DNA of 64,000 nt from Vitrella brassicaformis CCMP3155 (taxonomy: Eukaryota > Protista > Chromerida), in NCBI GenBank assembly GCA_001179505.1, contig CDMY01000255.1, forward strand, positions 496,001 through 560,000, written 5' to 3'. This document shows, one piece after another, positions 62,366 through 64,000 of the stretch. Every line of letters begins with the position of its first letter. The stretch's first letter is position 1. The position numbers and the translations under genes were made by a program. The notes below the pieces were generated by a model that saw only the letters and a list, made by a program, of their open reading frames with translations, ran no database searches and was not told the DNA's origin.

Positions 62366-62437
62366 GCCCGTATGGCCAAGCGGTAAGGCGTCGCACTTGT
62401 AATGCGAAGATCGTGAGTTCGATCCTCACTGTGGGCT
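62366..62437 (+). tRNA. trnT-UGU: tRNA-Thr (anticodon UGU), intronless
   Basis: Cloverleaf with acceptor GCCCGTA/TGTGGGC, D-arm GCC-AAGCGGTAA-GGC, anticodon stem TCGCA-CT[TGT]AA-TGCGA and T-arm GTGAG-TTCGATC-CTCAC. Confidence 0.95.
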
Positions 62438-62616
62438 GGTTTGCCTCTTGGGATATTTTGTAGTTCGAAGTCATTTTCGGAGGGCGTATCCACCCCTGTT
62501 GCCACCCATTTGGGCTGCCGACGCCTCCACGGGGGAAAAAAGGAGAAGGGGAGAGAGGGGAGAGAAAAAGCGCGCATCGCCCCCACCTGCCCCCAGCCTC
62601 AATCGCGATTCTCCGG

Positions 62617-64000
62617 ATGCCTGCGATACGGCGGAAGTTCCGCTTTCTTTTGCGGCGCCTGCTGAACCTCGACACAGTCATACAGACCACTGGTGTCTTT
62701 TGGCGCCGCCTCTTTCCGGCCTACCTCGCCTTATTGCTCGATATCATTTCCACATGGCTCATCCAGGTGAATGCCAGCGTTTTGTACCGTGGCGGCACGA
62801 TTCATCTTCGGTCTGTGTCACTGGTCACTGCAGGGCATCGGTCCGTTCTTCATTCCCGAGTTGGGTGGGGACCCCGCATATTGGCTGCCAATCATGCAGG
62901 TGAGCGACAGCCGCACCATGGAGGCACCTCACCTGGTGGAGATCGGCGTTTTGATTTGCAGAGTGTTCTGTTCGCTGCCACGATGGTGGGGATGAATGTG
63001 AATGGCGTCCTGGTGGATGTGCTCCCGCCTTATGCCCTGGTGCAAATAAGCGTCCTGGGAACGTCCATATCCGTGGCGGTAGCAGGCGTCGTCACCCAGC
63101 CGTGGATGTTTGTCGCCACAGCAGGTGCAGTGCATGCCTTATTCCTTCCTGTGCTGGCATTACATGCACATCCACGGAAGTGCCAGATATTTGTCTGCGT
63201 GTGTTTGTTGTGTGTGGCGTGGATAGCCTTGGTTGGGGCTACTGCCTGCACGGATCCTGTGGTGGGTGCGATGGTCTTTGAAGCGATACCCGACTTCCAT
63301 ATGGACGGACTCACGAGTGTTCTCAGGGCCCAATTCATCACATACAAAGTGAATAACACGCAGTCGAGAACCTCAGCGTGATGATGAGACATGCGCTTGT
63401 TGTGCATGCATGTCCTCTCCAGTCAGTCACCAAAGGGATGGGCTTCATCCTCGGCCCTCTGCTCGCTATCCTCATCTCGCCCTTCATCGGTGTGTCGATT
63501 GAACCTGTCTTGCTACTGCATGAACGCTGTCCGGTTGTCATGTGTCCTACAGGCTATTCGCTGACGTTTTTCAGCGTCGCAGGCCTTGGTGGCGTGCTTT
63601 TCATCCTGCTGGCCGGCTACAGGCTTGCCGGAAAGCACCCATCAGTCGACCAAATCGTCCAGGCTTTGTAAGCAGCGAAATACCCACCCCTGTACCGTCG
63701 CGAGCGCTACCTGAGCCTGTCTCCTTCGTTTCTATGAATGGGCAGTGCGGCTCTGGTTCGGTCTGGCACAACGGAGGTCGATGAAGACGAGGAAGAGCAG
63801 GACGACGATGAGGGCAGCAATCCCAGCATCGACGTGGCCGCCAGCTATCAGCACACGCTCTCAAACGCAATGGAATCCTTCCCCACTTCGCGAAAGAAGA
63901 GAAAACCCAGGGCGAGCAAAGGAAATGCACGCGCCATTTCAGCACAAACTCACCTGGCTGACCGATTTGTCTGTCATGCAGTCGCAGGGCGGGACGAAGT
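62617..64000 (+). CDS. MFS-like multi-pass transporter, runs off the right edge
   Basis: Successive hydrophobic exons (PAYLALLLDIISTWLIQ; SVLFAATMVGMNVNGVLVD...; GMGFILGPLLA; GYSLTFFSVAGLGGVLFILL) followed by an acidic loop. The GxxxGPxxG-like motif fits MFS. Confidence 0.6.

Overview
Eukaryotic, intron-rich genomic DNA with GC-rich exons, GT-AG introns full of (GT)n/(CA)n/(GTCT)n microsatellites, and five fixed-length 300-N scaffold gaps. The style and an apicomplexan-type QCR11 suggest a chromerid alveolate such as Vitrella (inference). I spliced genes by eye because the supplied ORF track misses most exons. About 25 protein genes or fragments and one tRNA-Thr(UGU) are present. Recognisable ones are a Cbp3/UQCC1 complex III chaperone, a probable COX6A-like subunit, a CbiX/SirB chelatase, a CAX Ca2+/H+ exchanger, MMTAG2, QCR11, an LMBR1-family protein, a single-domain voltage-gated cation channel (TLDDW filter) and an MFS transporter. 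The most unusual region is 17.9-28.8 kb, a locally duplicated and rearranged block. There the same MORN-repeat exon, using the same phase-2 donor, splices in one copy to a cyclophilin and in another to a p25alpha(TPPP) plus EF-hand module, leaving an orphan 5'-truncated cyclophilin behind. The block also contains a circularly permuted chimeric pseudogene. A separate gene encodes a Zn-finger-DUSP-MORN architecture. Many introns carry complementary 5' CA-rich and 3' TG-rich tracts that could pair. All domain calls come from remembered motifs, not from database searches.
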